Shown: positions 32,534-42,298, counted from the stretch's first letter. The stretch: DNA of 64,000 bases from an uncultured Desulfosarcina sp. (GCA_963674945.2 CAXXWQ010000003.1:1504001-1568000), one strand, 5' to 3'. Made by a program: numbers and translations. The notes: a model not told the origin generated them from the sequence alone.

Positions 32534-32989
32534 CTATTCTTTTGCGGCTCGACCCAGCTTTTTCAACAGCACGCTCAACGTGTTTTGCTCCTTTGGATCG
32601 AGTATGGAAAATGTTTCGAATGCGATTTTTGCATGATCCGGAAAGATCCTCTCGATCAACCGGTGTCCGTGTTCCGTCAACGCAACGCTCACCTTGCGAC
32701 GGTCCATGGGATCTCTTTCCCGTCGAACGAGTTCTCTTTTTTCCAGATTATCAATGACCATGGTGATATTGCCGCTGGTTTTTAATATCTTCCTGCCAAT
32801 ATCCTTCTGACATAGCGGGCCGAGGTGATACAACGCCTCCAATACGCCGAACTGGCTGATGGAAAGACGGTGATCGTCCAAATGCCGGTGCATCATTTCG
32901 GTAACCGCGCTGGTCGCACGCATGAGCTTTGTGTACAGCCGAAGGGTGTTCGCTTGTCTGTCCGGTATCTCGTTTGCCTTCATGATCAC
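32534..32989 (-). CDS. MarR-family regulator (MhqR-like)
   Basis: QFGVLEALYHLGP, TSGNITMVIDNLEK, DRRKVSVALT. Confidence 0.9.
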   Translation of the reverse strand: MIMKANEIPDRQANTLRLYTKLMRATSAVTEMMHRHLDDHRLSISQFGVLEALYHLGPLCQKDIGRKILKTSGNITMVIDNLEKRELVRRERDPMDRRKVSVALTEHGHRLIERIFPDHAKIAFETFSILDPKEQNTLSVLLKKLGRAAKE

Positions 32990-33000
32990 CTCGCCGCCAT

Positions 33001-33020
33001 TTAGTTTAACGTTAAACTAA
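33001..33020. promoter_or_regulatory. Perfect 20-bp palindrome, probable MarR operator
   Basis: TTAGTTTAAC|GTTAAACTAA, just upstream of the marR start. Confidence 0.7.
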
Positions 33021-33063
33021 TTAACGTGAAGCGAATGTCAACCCCCTTGGCGATCTGCGGCGT

Positions 33064-35682
33064 CTATTTGGCTTGCAGCGCATCGAAACGATTCTTTAGT
33101 TTATCTCGAAACCTTACCAGTTCCGCAGCCAATGGGTGGTCCTTCTGCGTGATGCGAAAAATGCCGGAAAGAGAACCGTCCATTGCGGCGATGAATCGAT
33201 TGCCCGTCTCAACCAGCTGGCTGCTTACGCCTTGCTTCTCCATCCGGGCGCAGATCCCGTAAAGCCCGTAGTAGGCGTCGTTGAAACGGATCAGAGTTTC
33301 TGCACACGCCGATCCGTATTCCCGGCACAAGACCCGCCACAGGGAAAGTTCGGGGTCATAGGCACCGGTATTCCAGAGGTAGTCCGCGACGGTGGCAAAT
33401 TTGATTTTATACATCTCGCTGGCGGCGAAAGCGTTGATGTAGATCTGCCGATGGTCGGACAAACGGTGAAAATCAGCCGGTCTGTATGTGTCATAGGGTT
33501 CGAAAAGGTTACACATCCGGACCTTGCCGGGATAGTAGGTCGTATACCCCCCGTAGCGTTTCGTCTCGACGTTTCTCGCGTACAAGGTGTTGTCCCAGAG
33601 CATGGGCCATCTGCCGATGTGGGATCGGAATCGATGAAGGTCCGCCATATCGATGGACAGGGACCGGATGGTGGGTCCCGTCCAGATGATGGCAACATCT
33701 TCGGGGATCTGAAACGACAGCTCCCGCAAGTATTGCTCGGCCTTGCCTTCGCTTTTGTCGATGTGTTCGTTGGAATACCATGGCGGGCAAAATTCCAGGC
33801 CGGTCCCCGGGTAATTGGTGTCCAGCCATTTTTTCAGTTTGTTGATGACGTGTGCCTGTGCATTTTGAAGATTGACAAACCGTTTCTCATCCTCCGCGGT
33901 ATAGAGGCTGTAGTTTTGACGGTTCGCCCCTTTGTAAGGTACGAAATCGTCGGATAGAAGCAGCACCGTTTTGGCACCGGCATCCAGGCCGATCCGCAAA
34001 ACCGTCTGGAGCATCTCGAAACTCTCGGGACGCCCATGGGTCCAGGTGGTTCGCAATCTGTCGTCGAGTTCTTCCACGGAACGTTCCGTGGCAAAATGAA
34101 CGTAGGGATGCACCGTCACGGCAAGTTCCAGCACGCCGGTATCACCCAGCAACCGTCCCGCCCGCGTCAGTCCGTTCCGATACATCTCGTCCGGCTGATA
34201 CCACGCTGCGTTTTGCCGATCATACCCGAAATAGACCTTGTTTATCTTTTGAAGACTCATCTGCTCGACGGTATCGAGGTCGCGTTGAAGTTGTTTCTCA
34301 TTGGTCCAATTCAGAAACAAATAGGGGCGGCCCAGAAAATCCGGGTAGTCGACGATGGCCACATCATGGTAAACGAAATCGTCTTTTTCGAAAAGCTGTA
34401 TGGCGGTGGCGGCGGCATAGTAGGTTGCGATGGGCGTTTCACCCATCAGGAAGACCACATGCCCGTTTGTAAACCGTGTCGAATCGATGATGTATCCTTG
34501 TGGTTGATCATGAATGGCGTTCAAGGGCAGGTCCGGCCCGAGTTCGCGGTAAAGTCGATTATTTCCGATGCTCATGACAAAACCGGCCGTATCGATCTTG
34601 GAAAAAGAAAAATTGTCTTCCAGGATGTCGACACGAAAGCCGTCTTCGTTCATCTTTGTCCCGGCACGATTCAATCGGTCTTCGATTTTTTCTTTGAGAA
34701 CCTTCGCTGCCAATCGCTCTGCAGGGGCGGGATTTTTGGGAAGAACGATGATCGGCAGGTGTAAAGGATCACGGGTTTTGTCATAGTAGACGATATCCCC
34801 CTTTCGCCCAAGGGATTTGGGAGTTGGCGTAATGCGTTGCGCCAGGGTAAGCCTGCGCCCGAAATAGGGGGAAAAGCGCTCCAGCGTGGTAAAATTCCAT
34901 TTGGAATAACCGAAGTAGACCCGATCCAAAAATAGGGCACCGGTGCCCTTCAGTCCGAAAAAGAGACGAACGTATCTCGCCCTGTCCGGAATGTCACCTT
35001 CGGAGAAGGGATAGTTGTAGGTTCTTCCCCGCACCGTTCCCCATGGAAAATCATCGATTCGCCAATAGTTGGAAAAGGAAAATCCCTTGTCCGAATTGTC
35101 GATGGGGCCATCACCGATGGGATTTTTATACCCGGGGTCGACGGGATCCTTGTTCTCATCGAAAAACAGGACCCGGACGACGATGGCGTCGTAGAGCCGT
35201 AGCCCCAGTCGATCCCGATTGTTTTTCACGTTTTGCAGTCGGATGTCGTAGAAAAAATCGTAGTTTCCCGGAATCACGGGGATGTAATCTGTGATGAGCC
35301 CTTCGGCGGCGGCCATTTCCGATGCCCTATTCCTGACGATGGCCACGCAGCGGCTGCCCCAGGTTTCCGCCTTCATCGCTTCTTGATCCGATCCATGTTT
35401 CATCCAATGGATGTTTTGGTGGTTGTTTTCACCGACCTTCTCCCATCCGGTCAAGGCAAAGTCTTTTTCCGAACCTTCGCCGAAAACCTCCCCCTGTTCG
35501 AATGAAAAATTGGGAACGATATTTCCCCTTTTAAATTGGCGCAGCCTTGTTTCATACGGTATGGTGGACGGATCCGAAGCAGACCATGAGACCGTCTCGT
35601 CCACATTTTGCGGTGCCTGGATTCCGGCACATCCAAGGAAGAAAAGAAGCAAGCACAACAGGGGCAATAAAAGAGTCCTCAT
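33064..35682 (-). CDS. Lipoprotein with a GH84-like (O-GlcNAcase/beta-N-acetylglucosaminidase) catalytic domain
   Basis: Lipobox FLGC; hexosaminidase domain-2-like segment (QGYII...IVDYPDF); LLSDDF, FCPPWY, IIWTGP and LWDN motifs. Confidence 0.65.
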   Translation of the reverse strand: MRTLLLPLLCLLLFFLGCAGIQAPQNVDETVSWSASDPSTIPYETRLRQFKRGNIVPNFSFEQGEVFGEGSEKDFALTGWEKVGENNHQNIHWMKHGSDQEAMKAETWGSRCVAIVRNRASEMAAAEGLITDYIPVIPGNYDFFYDIRLQNVKNNRDRLGLRLYDAIVVRVLFFDENKDPVDPGYKNPIGDGPIDNSDKGFSFSNYWRIDDFPWGTVRGRTYNYPFSEGDIPDRARYVRLFFGLKGTGALFLDRVYFGYSKWNFTTLERFSPYFGRRLTLAQRITPTPKSLGRKGDIVYYDKTRDPLHLPIIVLPKNPAPAERLAAKVLKEKIEDRLNRAGTKMNEDGFRVDILEDNFSFSKIDTAGFVMSIGNNRLYRELGPDLPLNAIHDQPQGYIIDSTRFTNGHVVFLMGETPIATYYAAATAIQLFEKDDFVYHDVAIVDYPDFLGRPYLFLNWTNEKQLQRDLDTVEQMSLQKINKVYFGYDRQNAAWYQPDEMYRNGLTRAGRLLGDTGVLELAVTVHPYVHFATERSVEELDDRLRTTWTHGRPESFEMLQTVLRIGLDAGAKTVLLLSDDFVPYKGANRQNYSLYTAEDEKRFVNLQNAQAHVINKLKKWLDTNYPGTGLEFCPPWYSNEHIDKSEGKAEQYLRELSFQIPEDVAIIWTGPTIRSLSIDMADLHRFRSHIGRWPMLWDNTLYARNVETKRYGGYTTYYPGKVRMCNLFEPYDTYRPADFHRLSDHRQIYINAFAASEMYKIKFATVADYLWNTGAYDPELSLWRVLCREYGSACAETLIRFNDAYYGLYGICARMEKQGVSSQLVETGNRFIAAMDGSLSGIFRITQKDHPLAAELVRFRDKLKNRFDALQAK

Positions 35683-35800
35683 GTGGTTATCCTGTTTTTT
35701 TGTAATACTGTTGTGTCATCTCCGGCCTGGAAACGCTTTTTACCATGAACACGCAGCGCTTCCAATACGTATTCCAGGATAAAACGGCCATCCCCTTGAA

Positions 35801-35820
35801 AATCTTTACCGAATCTTTAC
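35801..35820 (+). promoter_or_regulatory. Direct repeat with 11-bp period, putative OmpR-family site upstream of msrAB
   Basis: AATCTTTAC-CG-AATCTTTAC; possible -10 TACCAT at 35853-35858. Confidence 0.45.
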
Positions 35821-35940
35821 TTTACCGTTACGCATGCCTTACCCGGGTATTGTACCATCTGTCCAGGAAAGCGGAAAGCCCGGACAGATCCCAAAAGCGT
35901 GTCCATCCCAAAAACCATACGGACACACAGGAGGTGCGTA

Positions 35941-37074
35941 ATGAGAAAGACGATAATCGCAGCATTGGTTCTGGCGGCGGTGATTTTCGGATACCGGCAG
36001 GTCAGAAGCATGGACGATAAAATGGAGAAGCCCATGAACAATATGAGTGTCAACACAAAGACCGCCGTATTCGCCGGTGGCTGTTTCTGGTGCACGGAAT
36101 CGGATTTCGAAAAGGTGGACGGTGTCATCGAAGCCGTATCCGGATACACCGGCGGAAAAATCGATCATCCCACCTATAAGCAGGTCTCTGCCGGAGGCAC
36201 CGGTCACGTGGAAGCCATCCGGGTGGTCTACGACCCGGACAAGATCACCTACCCCGAGCTTTTGGAGGTGTTCTGGCGCCATGTGGATCCCACCGATGCC
36301 GGCGGCCAGTTCGTCGACCGGGGTAACCAATACCGCAGTGCCATCTTTTACGCCAACGAAGAGGAGCGAAAGATGGCCGAGGCCTCCAAGCGGGCACTGG
36401 CCGAATCGGGTGTGTTTGATCGCCCCATCGTGACCGAAATCCTACCCCTGGGGCCCTTCTTCGACGCCGAAGAATACCACCAGGATTATTACGAGAAGAA
36501 CCCGATCCGATACAAGTGGTACCGGTCCGGTTCCGGCCGTGACCGTTTTCTCTCGAATACCTGGGAAGGTGTGGAAACGATGATCGCGATGAATTCAATG
36601 GAAAAGACAATGGCAGGCGAGGCGAAAAAGATGAACTACACCATCCCCTCCGATGAAGAGCTGAAACATCGGCTCACGGAGATGCAGTATCGCGTGACCC
36701 GGGAGAACGGCACCGAACCGCCCTTTAACAACGATTTCTGGGACAACCACGAATCGGGAATCTACGTGGACATCGTCTCCGGCGAACCACTTTTCAGCTC
36801 GGCCGACAAGTTCGATTCGGGAACCGGTTGGCCCAGTTTCACCCAGCCTTTGGAGCCGGCGAACATCGTGGAAAATACAGACCGCAGTCTCTTCATGGTC
36901 CGTATGGAGGTTCGCAGCAAACATGCCGACTCCCACCTGGGCCATGTCTTCGACGACGGCCCCGCTCCCACGGGCCTGCGCTACTGCATCAATTCGGCAG
37001 CCCTTGCATTCATCCCCGTCGCCGATCTGGAGGCGAAGGGGTATGGACGTTACCGATCACTTTTCGAGAAGTGA
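35941..37074 (+). CDS. msrAB: Bifunctional peptide methionine sulfoxide reductase with an N-terminal export/anchor sequence
   Basis: GGAGG RBS before ATG 35941; MsrA FAGGCFWC and AEEYHQDYY; Msr[27 protein letters not shown]. Confidence 0.95.
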   Translation: MRKTIIAALVLAAVIFGYRQVRSMDDKMEKPMNNMSVNTKTAVFAGGCFWCTESDFEKVDGVIEAVSGYTGGKIDHPTYKQVSAGGTGHVEAIRVVYDPDKITYPELLEVFWRHVDPTDAGGQFVDRGNQYRSAIFYANEEERKMAEASKRALAESGVFDRPIVTEILPLGPFFDAEEYHQDYYEKNPIRYKWYRSGSGRDRFLSNTWEGVETMIAMNSMEKTMAGEAKKMNYTIPSDEELKHRLTEMQYRVTRENGTEPPFNNDFWDNHESGIYVDIVSGEPLFSSADKFDSGTGWPSFTQPLEPANIVENTDRSLFMVRMEVRSKHADSHLGHVFDDGPAPTGLRYCINSAALAFIPVADLEAKGYGRYRSLFEK

Positions 37075-37082
37075 TCGGTAAC

Positions 37083-37161
37083 GGTTGTCGGTTCACGGTT
37101 CAAGGTTCAAGGTTCAAGGTTCTCGGTTAACTGGGAACTGAGAACTGAGAACTGAGAACCG
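37083..37161. repeat. Heptamer tandem repeats arranged as an inverted pair between convergent genes
   Basis: (GGTTCAA)-like x~6 followed by (AACTGAG)-like x~4; can fold into a hairpin. Confidence 0.8.
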
Positions 37162-39967
37162 ATTTCGCCACAATCTCAATAGGATGGCAAACCGGTCGAT
37201 CTCCCAGAAGATCGAGCTGCATTTCGCAGGTGGGACAATCGGTAGCGGCCATTGTCGCATCGGATCGCTCCACCAGGTCCATGAGATGGCTGCCGATGGT
37301 CCGGCTCAGGCCATCGTTTTTGGCGGCCATGCCCCAGGCGCCGGCCATGCCGCAGCAATGGCTGTTGAGCCGGTGTACCGTCAACTGCGGTATTCCTTCC
37401 AGCATGGCCGCGGAACTCATGGGATCCGTCTGCACCTTGAGGTGACAGGGCAAATGATAGGCAACGCTGCCGTTCACCGGCCCGCACGCCAACCGATCCA
37501 TCAATGGACCGATCAGCCGGCTGGCGTGAATCATCTTTTCGGCCACCAGATGGATTCGGGGTTCGTCCAACAGATAACGCCACTCCTCGGCCAGGGCCAG
37601 TCCGCAGGAAGAGCAGGTCACCACGATGTGATCCACCCGATCCAATAGATACTGCCACCGCTTAAGGTTACGGCGCACCTTTTCACGGGCCTGACCGGCC
37701 ATTCCCTTGGTAAGCAGGGGAAGCCCGCAGCAGTGCTGGGGAGGCAGGTGGACGGTAATATCCAATCGTCGTAAGGTTTTTATGAGCGCCTGGCCGATGG
37801 CCGGCCGCATGTAGCCGGCGTAGCAGCCGGCAAAGTAGAGAACTTGTCTTTTGCCGCCTTTGTTTTCGGGTTGCACCCTTTCGTACAAGGAACGCCGGGC
37901 CACGTTGACGGTGGGCCCCCGATGACTGAGGCCGGTTACCAGTTCCCCGGCCTTTCGGGAAAAAGAGAGATCCATCAGCGGTTGGAGCCGGCCGGACAGC
38001 CGGCCGCCGTACCGCCCTAATATCTCCACGCCGGTGACAAGACGGCTGTGCAAGGACGGACCAAAGCGCTCCACGTACCGTGCCCTTGCCTCCAGGGCCA
38101 TCTTGGGGATGTCCACGTTGGAGGGACACTCGATGCGGCAACTGCCGCAGTTCACACACTGGTCCATGACCCGTTGGAATGATTTTTCATAGAGGGCCGC
38201 GTCGTTCACTGCGCCACTGATCAGAGCCCGAAGCAGGTTTGCCTTGGCTTTGGGAGCCGCTTCCTCCCTGCGGGTAAATTTGTAGATGGGACACATGCGG
38301 GTTGCCGTGGTAACCGTGGTGCATTTGGTGCATCCGTGGCACATTTCGATCTCTTCGTGCCAGCCGTCGGGCCAGCAAAGCTGCGGACGCGCCCATTCCA
38401 CGGTTCGATATTCCTCGCCATACCGAAGATGGTGTGCCATCTGATCCGGCGTGGACCGGGTCTTGATTTCCGGATTCATCATGTTGTGGGCGTCGAAAAG
38501 TTCCTTTACCCTTAGAAAAAGCGGATAAAGCGTCGGATACTGACGCTCGATGTAGGTGCTGCGAAGCCGGCCGTCGCCATGTTCGCCGGAGACTACCCCG
38601 CCCAGGCCGGTTACCAGGTGGAACACATCGTCCGCGATGGGCCGCATCCGTTTCACGTCCGCCGGGTCCTTGAGGTCGAGCAGGGGGCGGCTGTGCAAAA
38701 GGCCCTTTGCGATGTGACCGTAAAGCACGAATTGGACCCCGTGCCGATGGAAAAGATCGTAAAGGCCGGAAAAGTATTCCACCAGCCGGTCCGTGGGAAC
38801 AACGGCGTCCTCTACGAGGGCCAGGATTTTCTTTTTTCCCTTACGTCTATAGAGAATGGGAACGGCTGCCTTTCGAACGGCCCAGAACCGGTCCTTCTCC
38901 TTTTGAGAGACGGCCAGGTGCGCTTGTTTACACAGCCCCTTTTCAAGGAGCATGGAACGTGCCGACAGGCCTTTGGCAGTGGTCTTCTGCGTATCGTCTC
39001 CGTCGAATTCCACCATCAACACATTGTCGATCCCGTCGGGAATGTTTGCGGCGAGCAGGGGATCACTGGATCGGGCCAATGCCAGCAGGGATTTGTCCAT
39101 CACCTCGATACCCGCCGGTTCCATGGGCAGTATGGATTGAACGGCCAGGGCCGCCTTTTCGATACTGTGGAAAAAGGCTACCACCAGACTGTCGGAGACC
39201 GGTCGATCCAGCAGACGAAAGGTGAGCCGGGTGGCGATGCCCAGGGTGCCCTCTGCGCCGCAGAAAAGCCTTTCCAGCCGAAGCCGACCATCATCGACCA
39301 TTTTCCGCAGGTTGTAACCGGCCACATTATTCCGGACCCTGGGATAGGTGGTTTCGATGATCTCCTGGTACGCCATATATAGATCGGCCAATGCGGCAAG
39401 CCGTGCGGGCAGGCCATCCAAGGGTGTATTTCCCACCTGGCCGAAGCTGATCACCCGCCCGGTGGAGAGCACCACCCTGGCATCGATCAAATAGTCGGAG
39501 ACATTTCCATATTTAACCGAATGTGCCCCCGAGGCATTGGTGGACACCATTCCGCCGAAGCTGGCATACTCCCCGCTGGAGGGGTCCGGCGGGAAGAAGA
39601 GACCGGTGCCGGAAAGGGCCTGGTCCAGTTCCCCGAGCCGGTAACCGGGGTCGCAGGTAAACGTTTTGGCGCCGATATCGAGATCGATGAGCCGGTTCAT
39701 GTACCGGGTAAAATCGACGACGATCCCGGTGCCCAAAGCCGACCCGCACAGGCCGCTGCCTGCGCCGCGCGGATGAAGGGAGAGGTCGTGTTTGCCTGCA
39801 AATCGGACCGTTTCCACCACATCCGCCGTGGTTTTCGGATAGACCACGGCCACAGGTCGCCGGTAGAAAATACTGGCATCGGTCGCCAGTTGAATGCAAT
39901 CCAGGTCATCTTGCATGACATCGCCGGCGATGCGGTCCGCCAGATTGTCCCAATGGATCATTCTCAT
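37127..39967 (-). CDS. FAD-binding/Fe-S oxidoreductase (GlcD-GlcF fusion; D-2-hydroxy-acid dehydrogenase family)
   Basis: PRGAGSGL, PDPSS, GAEGTLG, SGEHGDGRLR, two CxxCxxC clusters, CCG domains; ORF open from GTG 40015, ATG 39967 has an AGAGG RBS. Confidence 0.9.
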   Translation of the reverse strand: MRMIHWDNLADRIAGDVMQDDLDCIQLATDASIFYRRPVAVVYPKTTADVVETVRFAGKHDLSLHPRGAGSGLCGSALGTGIVVDFTRYMNRLIDLDIGAKTFTCDPGYRLGELDQALSGTGLFFPPDPSSGEYASFGGMVSTNASGAHSVKYGNVSDYLIDARVVLSTGRVISFGQVGNTPLDGLPARLAALADLYMAYQEIIETTYPRVRNNVAGYNLRKMVDDGRLRLERLFCGAEGTLGIATRLTFRLLDRPVSDSLVVAFFHSIEKAALAVQSILPMEPAGIEVMDKSLLALARSSDPLLAANIPDGIDNVLMVEFDGDDTQKTTAKGLSARSMLLEKGLCKQAHLAVSQKEKDRFWAVRKAAVPILYRRKGKKKILALVEDAVVPTDRLVEYFSGLYDLFHRHGVQFVLYGHIAKGLLHSRPLLDLKDPADVKRMRPIADDVFHLVTGLGGVVSGEHGDGRLRSTYIERQYPTLYPLFLRVKELFDAHNMMNPEIKTRSTPDQMAHHLRYGEEYRTVEWARPQLCWPDGWHEEIEMCHGCTKCTTVTTATRMCPIYKFTRREEAAPKAKANLLRALISGAVNDAALYEKSFQRVMDQCVNCGSCRIECPSNVDIPKMALEARARYVERFGPSLHSRLVTGVEILGRYGGRLSGRLQPLMDLSFSRKAGELVTGLSHRGPTVNVARRSLYERVQPENKGGKRQVLYFAGCYAGYMRPAIGQALIKTLRRLDITVHLPPQHCCGLPLLTKGMAGQAREKVRRNLKRWQYLLDRVDHIVVTCSSCGLALAEEWRYLLDEPRIHLVAEKMIHASRLIGPLMDRLACGPVNGSVAYHLPCHLKVQTDPMSSAAMLEGIPQLTVHRLNSHCCGMAGAWGMAAKNDGLSRTIGSHLMDLVERSDATMAATDCPTCEMQLDLLGDRPVCHPIEIVAKSVLSSQFSVPS

Positions 39968-40019
39968 ATGAAGCGAGCCTCTTCTTCCCATAACGACATC
40001 GTCTTTCGCTTCCACCTAT

Positions 40020-40159
40020 TGTTCGTCCAGAAATAGGAAAATTTGGTCGAGATCAAGGCGCACGAAAAATTTTACCACAGGCATATAGTTGATATTCCGA
40101 GGATAAAATTTTTCGCGCAACGCCGATATCGGGCAAATTGGCCATTTCTGGATGGGCAC
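40020..40159. repeat. ~140-bp palindromic MITE/REP-like element
   Basis: Ends TGTTCGTCCAGAAAT...ATTTCTGGATGGGCAC with nested internal stems; relatives at 42254-42298 and 43641-43780. Confidence 0.7.
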
Positions 40160-40178
40160 GACCCAAGATAAGCGATTC

Positions 40179-40220
40179 GCTTTCAGCTGTAAGCTATTAG
40201 CTTTGAGCCTTCAGCTTTCA
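40179..40220. repeat. Degenerate heptamer tandem repeat (6 units)
   Basis: GCTTTCA GCTGTAA GCTATTA GCTTTGA GCCTTCA GCTTTCA. Confidence 0.7.
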
Positions 40221-40777
40221 ACTTTTCTATACGCTTTTATCCGTCGCTTGTTAAGAGGCAACCCATCGGAACCTTCCGTAAAACGCTTTTCCAGGCCACA
40301 CATGGCCAGTCAATCGCTTGCAAGAAACTCGTTTTATTTGCTTTGCCAATCGGCTTTAAAATTAAGGAAAAGCATTAATAAGAGTATGTTATAAATCATT
40401 TTAACAAACGCGTTTCTTGGAAGAACCGACGGGCATGGATAGCCCGAACTATTAAATGTAATAACTATAATTTCTATAATAACTATACTTATATTCATGT
40501 TTTATATTCAGTTTTTACATTTTTTATCATTTTTTCATTTTTTTATTGACAGCGATTTGCCTTCGTGATTTGGTTACATCAACAGTCAGTAGAAGCGGTG
40601 TGATTCGATCATCTTGCCACCGCCGTACCACGCCAAGCGAAACACGCATCATCTCATTGTCAAAGCTCCTGCGCGCGAACCCCGCGATCCTCTCGAATTG
40701 TATTCCGGCACCCTTTTGAATCCGCCCGGGGTCCAGGACATTTGTAAACCATACCCGATTGAAGGAGGGATTGGACA

Positions 40778-41350
40778 ATGGAGGACACACTCACCGTATT
40801 TAAGGCAAGCAAGTACTGCAATGTCTCTTCGAAAACCATCATCAACTGGATCGAGGCCGGACACATCAAGGCCTACAAAACCGTCGGCGGGCATCGTCGC
40901 ATCAAACGGGATGACATGGAGGCCTTCATGAAACGCCAGGGCATCCCCATTCCGGAAACGGAAATCGCCGATGAACGAAAGCGGATCCTGGTGGTGGACG
41001 ACGATCCCATTATCGTCGAGACCATCGTGCAGGCACTGGAGGAAGATGAATTCGACTACGAAGTGATCAGCGCCTCCGATGGATTCGAAGCCGGATTGCA
41101 GGTCAATCACTTCCACCCCCACCTGATGCTTCTGGACATCATGATGCCCGACATCAAGGGGAATGAGGTGTGCAGAAAGATCAAATCCAACGAAGACACC
41201 AAGGATACGAAAATCATCGTCCTGTCCGCCTACCTGGATGAGGAGAAGTTCAAGGAGATGAAAGAACACGGCGCCGATGTATGCTTCTCCAAGCCGTTGC
41301 CCCTGCCTCAACTCAAAGATGAGGTAGCCCGACTGCTGGACCTCAAATAG
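40778..41350 (+). CDS. Response regulator with an N-terminal excisionase/MerR-like HTH and a C-terminal REC domain
   Basis: TVFKASKYCNVSSKTIINWIEAGHIKAYKTVGGHRRI (HTH_17-like); VVDDD, LDIMMP, SKP. Confidence 0.88.
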   Translation: MEDTLTVFKASKYCNVSSKTIINWIEAGHIKAYKTVGGHRRIKRDDMEAFMKRQGIPIPETEIADERKRILVVDDDPIIVETIVQALEEDEFDYEVISASDGFEAGLQVNHFHPHLMLLDIMMPDIKGNEVCRKIKSNEDTKDTKIIVLSAYLDEEKFKEMKEHGADVCFSKPLPLPQLKDEVARLLDLK

Positions 41351-41375
41351 GTTTTACCAAGTAAGGAGGCATAGC

Positions 41376-42254
41376 ATGAAACTCAAGGAAGCTTTGGAAA
41401 AAAAGAAATTTGTGGTCACCTCGGAGGTCCAGGCACCCATGGGGGACGACGATCCCGAGGTGCTGGTGGATAACCTGAAACGGGTAAGGGGACGGATGGA
41501 CGGGGTATCCATTGCCGAAGTGGAACTCGAGGGGATCGTGGGCGACAGCATCCGAACCTGCGAATTGCTCAACCAGAACCGATTCGACGCCATTTACCAG
41601 ACCACCACCCGGGATAAAAACCGCATTCAACTGCAAAAAGATCTGACCCTTGCCCATGAGACCGGGGTGGAAAATCTGCTGGTCTTCACCGAGGACTACC
41701 GCATCTCCGGTGACAGCCTGCAAGAGACCATGTTCTTCCATGTGGATTCGGGAAAGCTGGCCTCGGTATTGGAACATCTCAAGGACGGGCGCACCGTGGA
41801 CGGTAAGTCGTTGTCCCAAAATGTGGAGTTTACCATGGGCTCCGGCGTGGAATCCACGTGGGGCAACAAGGTGCCCAAACAGGGAATGCAGGAGATGGAG
41901 ACGATGCGTGAGCTGGGTACCGGATACTTTCTGACCACCCCCATCTTCGACCTCGACCAGTTCCAGCGTTTCGTAAGACAGGTCAACACCTTCGGCGTTC
42001 CGGTCATCGCCGAAGTGATGCTGTTGAGAAACGCGGCCATGGCCCGGTTCATCAACCGCCATTTCAGGGCCGGTCTGGTTCCCGATTGGGTCGTCCAAAA
42101 GTTGGACAAGGCCGCCGACAAAAAAAAGGCCAGCATCGAGCTGTTTGCCGATACGATCAATGGACTACGGGACATTTGTGACGGCGTCCACATCATCACC
42201 TTAGGGGGAATCGACAAGATTCAGCCGTATCTGGATGCGGCAAAAATTCGGTAG
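41376..42254 (+). CDS. metF: Methylenetetrahydrofolate reductase-like protein (divergent MetF)
   Basis: KFVVTSE, RDKNRIQLQKDL, FLTTPIFDL, CDGVHIITLG; typical MetF length and layout. Confidence 0.75.
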   Translation: MKLKEALEKKKFVVTSEVQAPMGDDDPEVLVDNLKRVRGRMDGVSIAEVELEGIVGDSIRTCELLNQNRFDAIYQTTTRDKNRIQLQKDLTLAHETGVENLLVFTEDYRISGDSLQETMFFHVDSGKLASVLEHLKDGRTVDGKSLSQNVEFTMGSGVESTWGNKVPKQGMQEMETMRELGTGYFLTTPIFDLDQFQRFVRQVNTFGVPVIAEVMLLRNAAMARFINRHFRAGLVPDWVVQKLDKAADKKKASIELFADTINGLRDICDGVHIITLGGIDKIQPYLDAAKIR

Positions 42255-42298
42255 TGCCCATCCGGAAATGGCCAATTTGCCTATTTCCGGACGGACAC
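42254..42298. repeat. Internally deleted copy (ends only) of the 40020-40159 element
   Basis: GTGCCCATCCGGAAATGGCCAATTTGCC/TATTTCCGGACGGACAC matches both termini of that element in reverse orientation; overlaps the metF TAG. Confidence 0.7.

Noticed and set aside
37083..37161. CRISPR array or DGR-type repeat
   Set aside because: 7-bp units with no spacers, and no cas or reverse transcriptase gene in the window; the duplicated kinase cores show no adenine-specific variation
40590..40770. SAM or THF riboswitch in the leader of the metF-containing operon
   Set aside because: No recognisable conserved core by eye; an Rfam scan would be needed to exclude it fully
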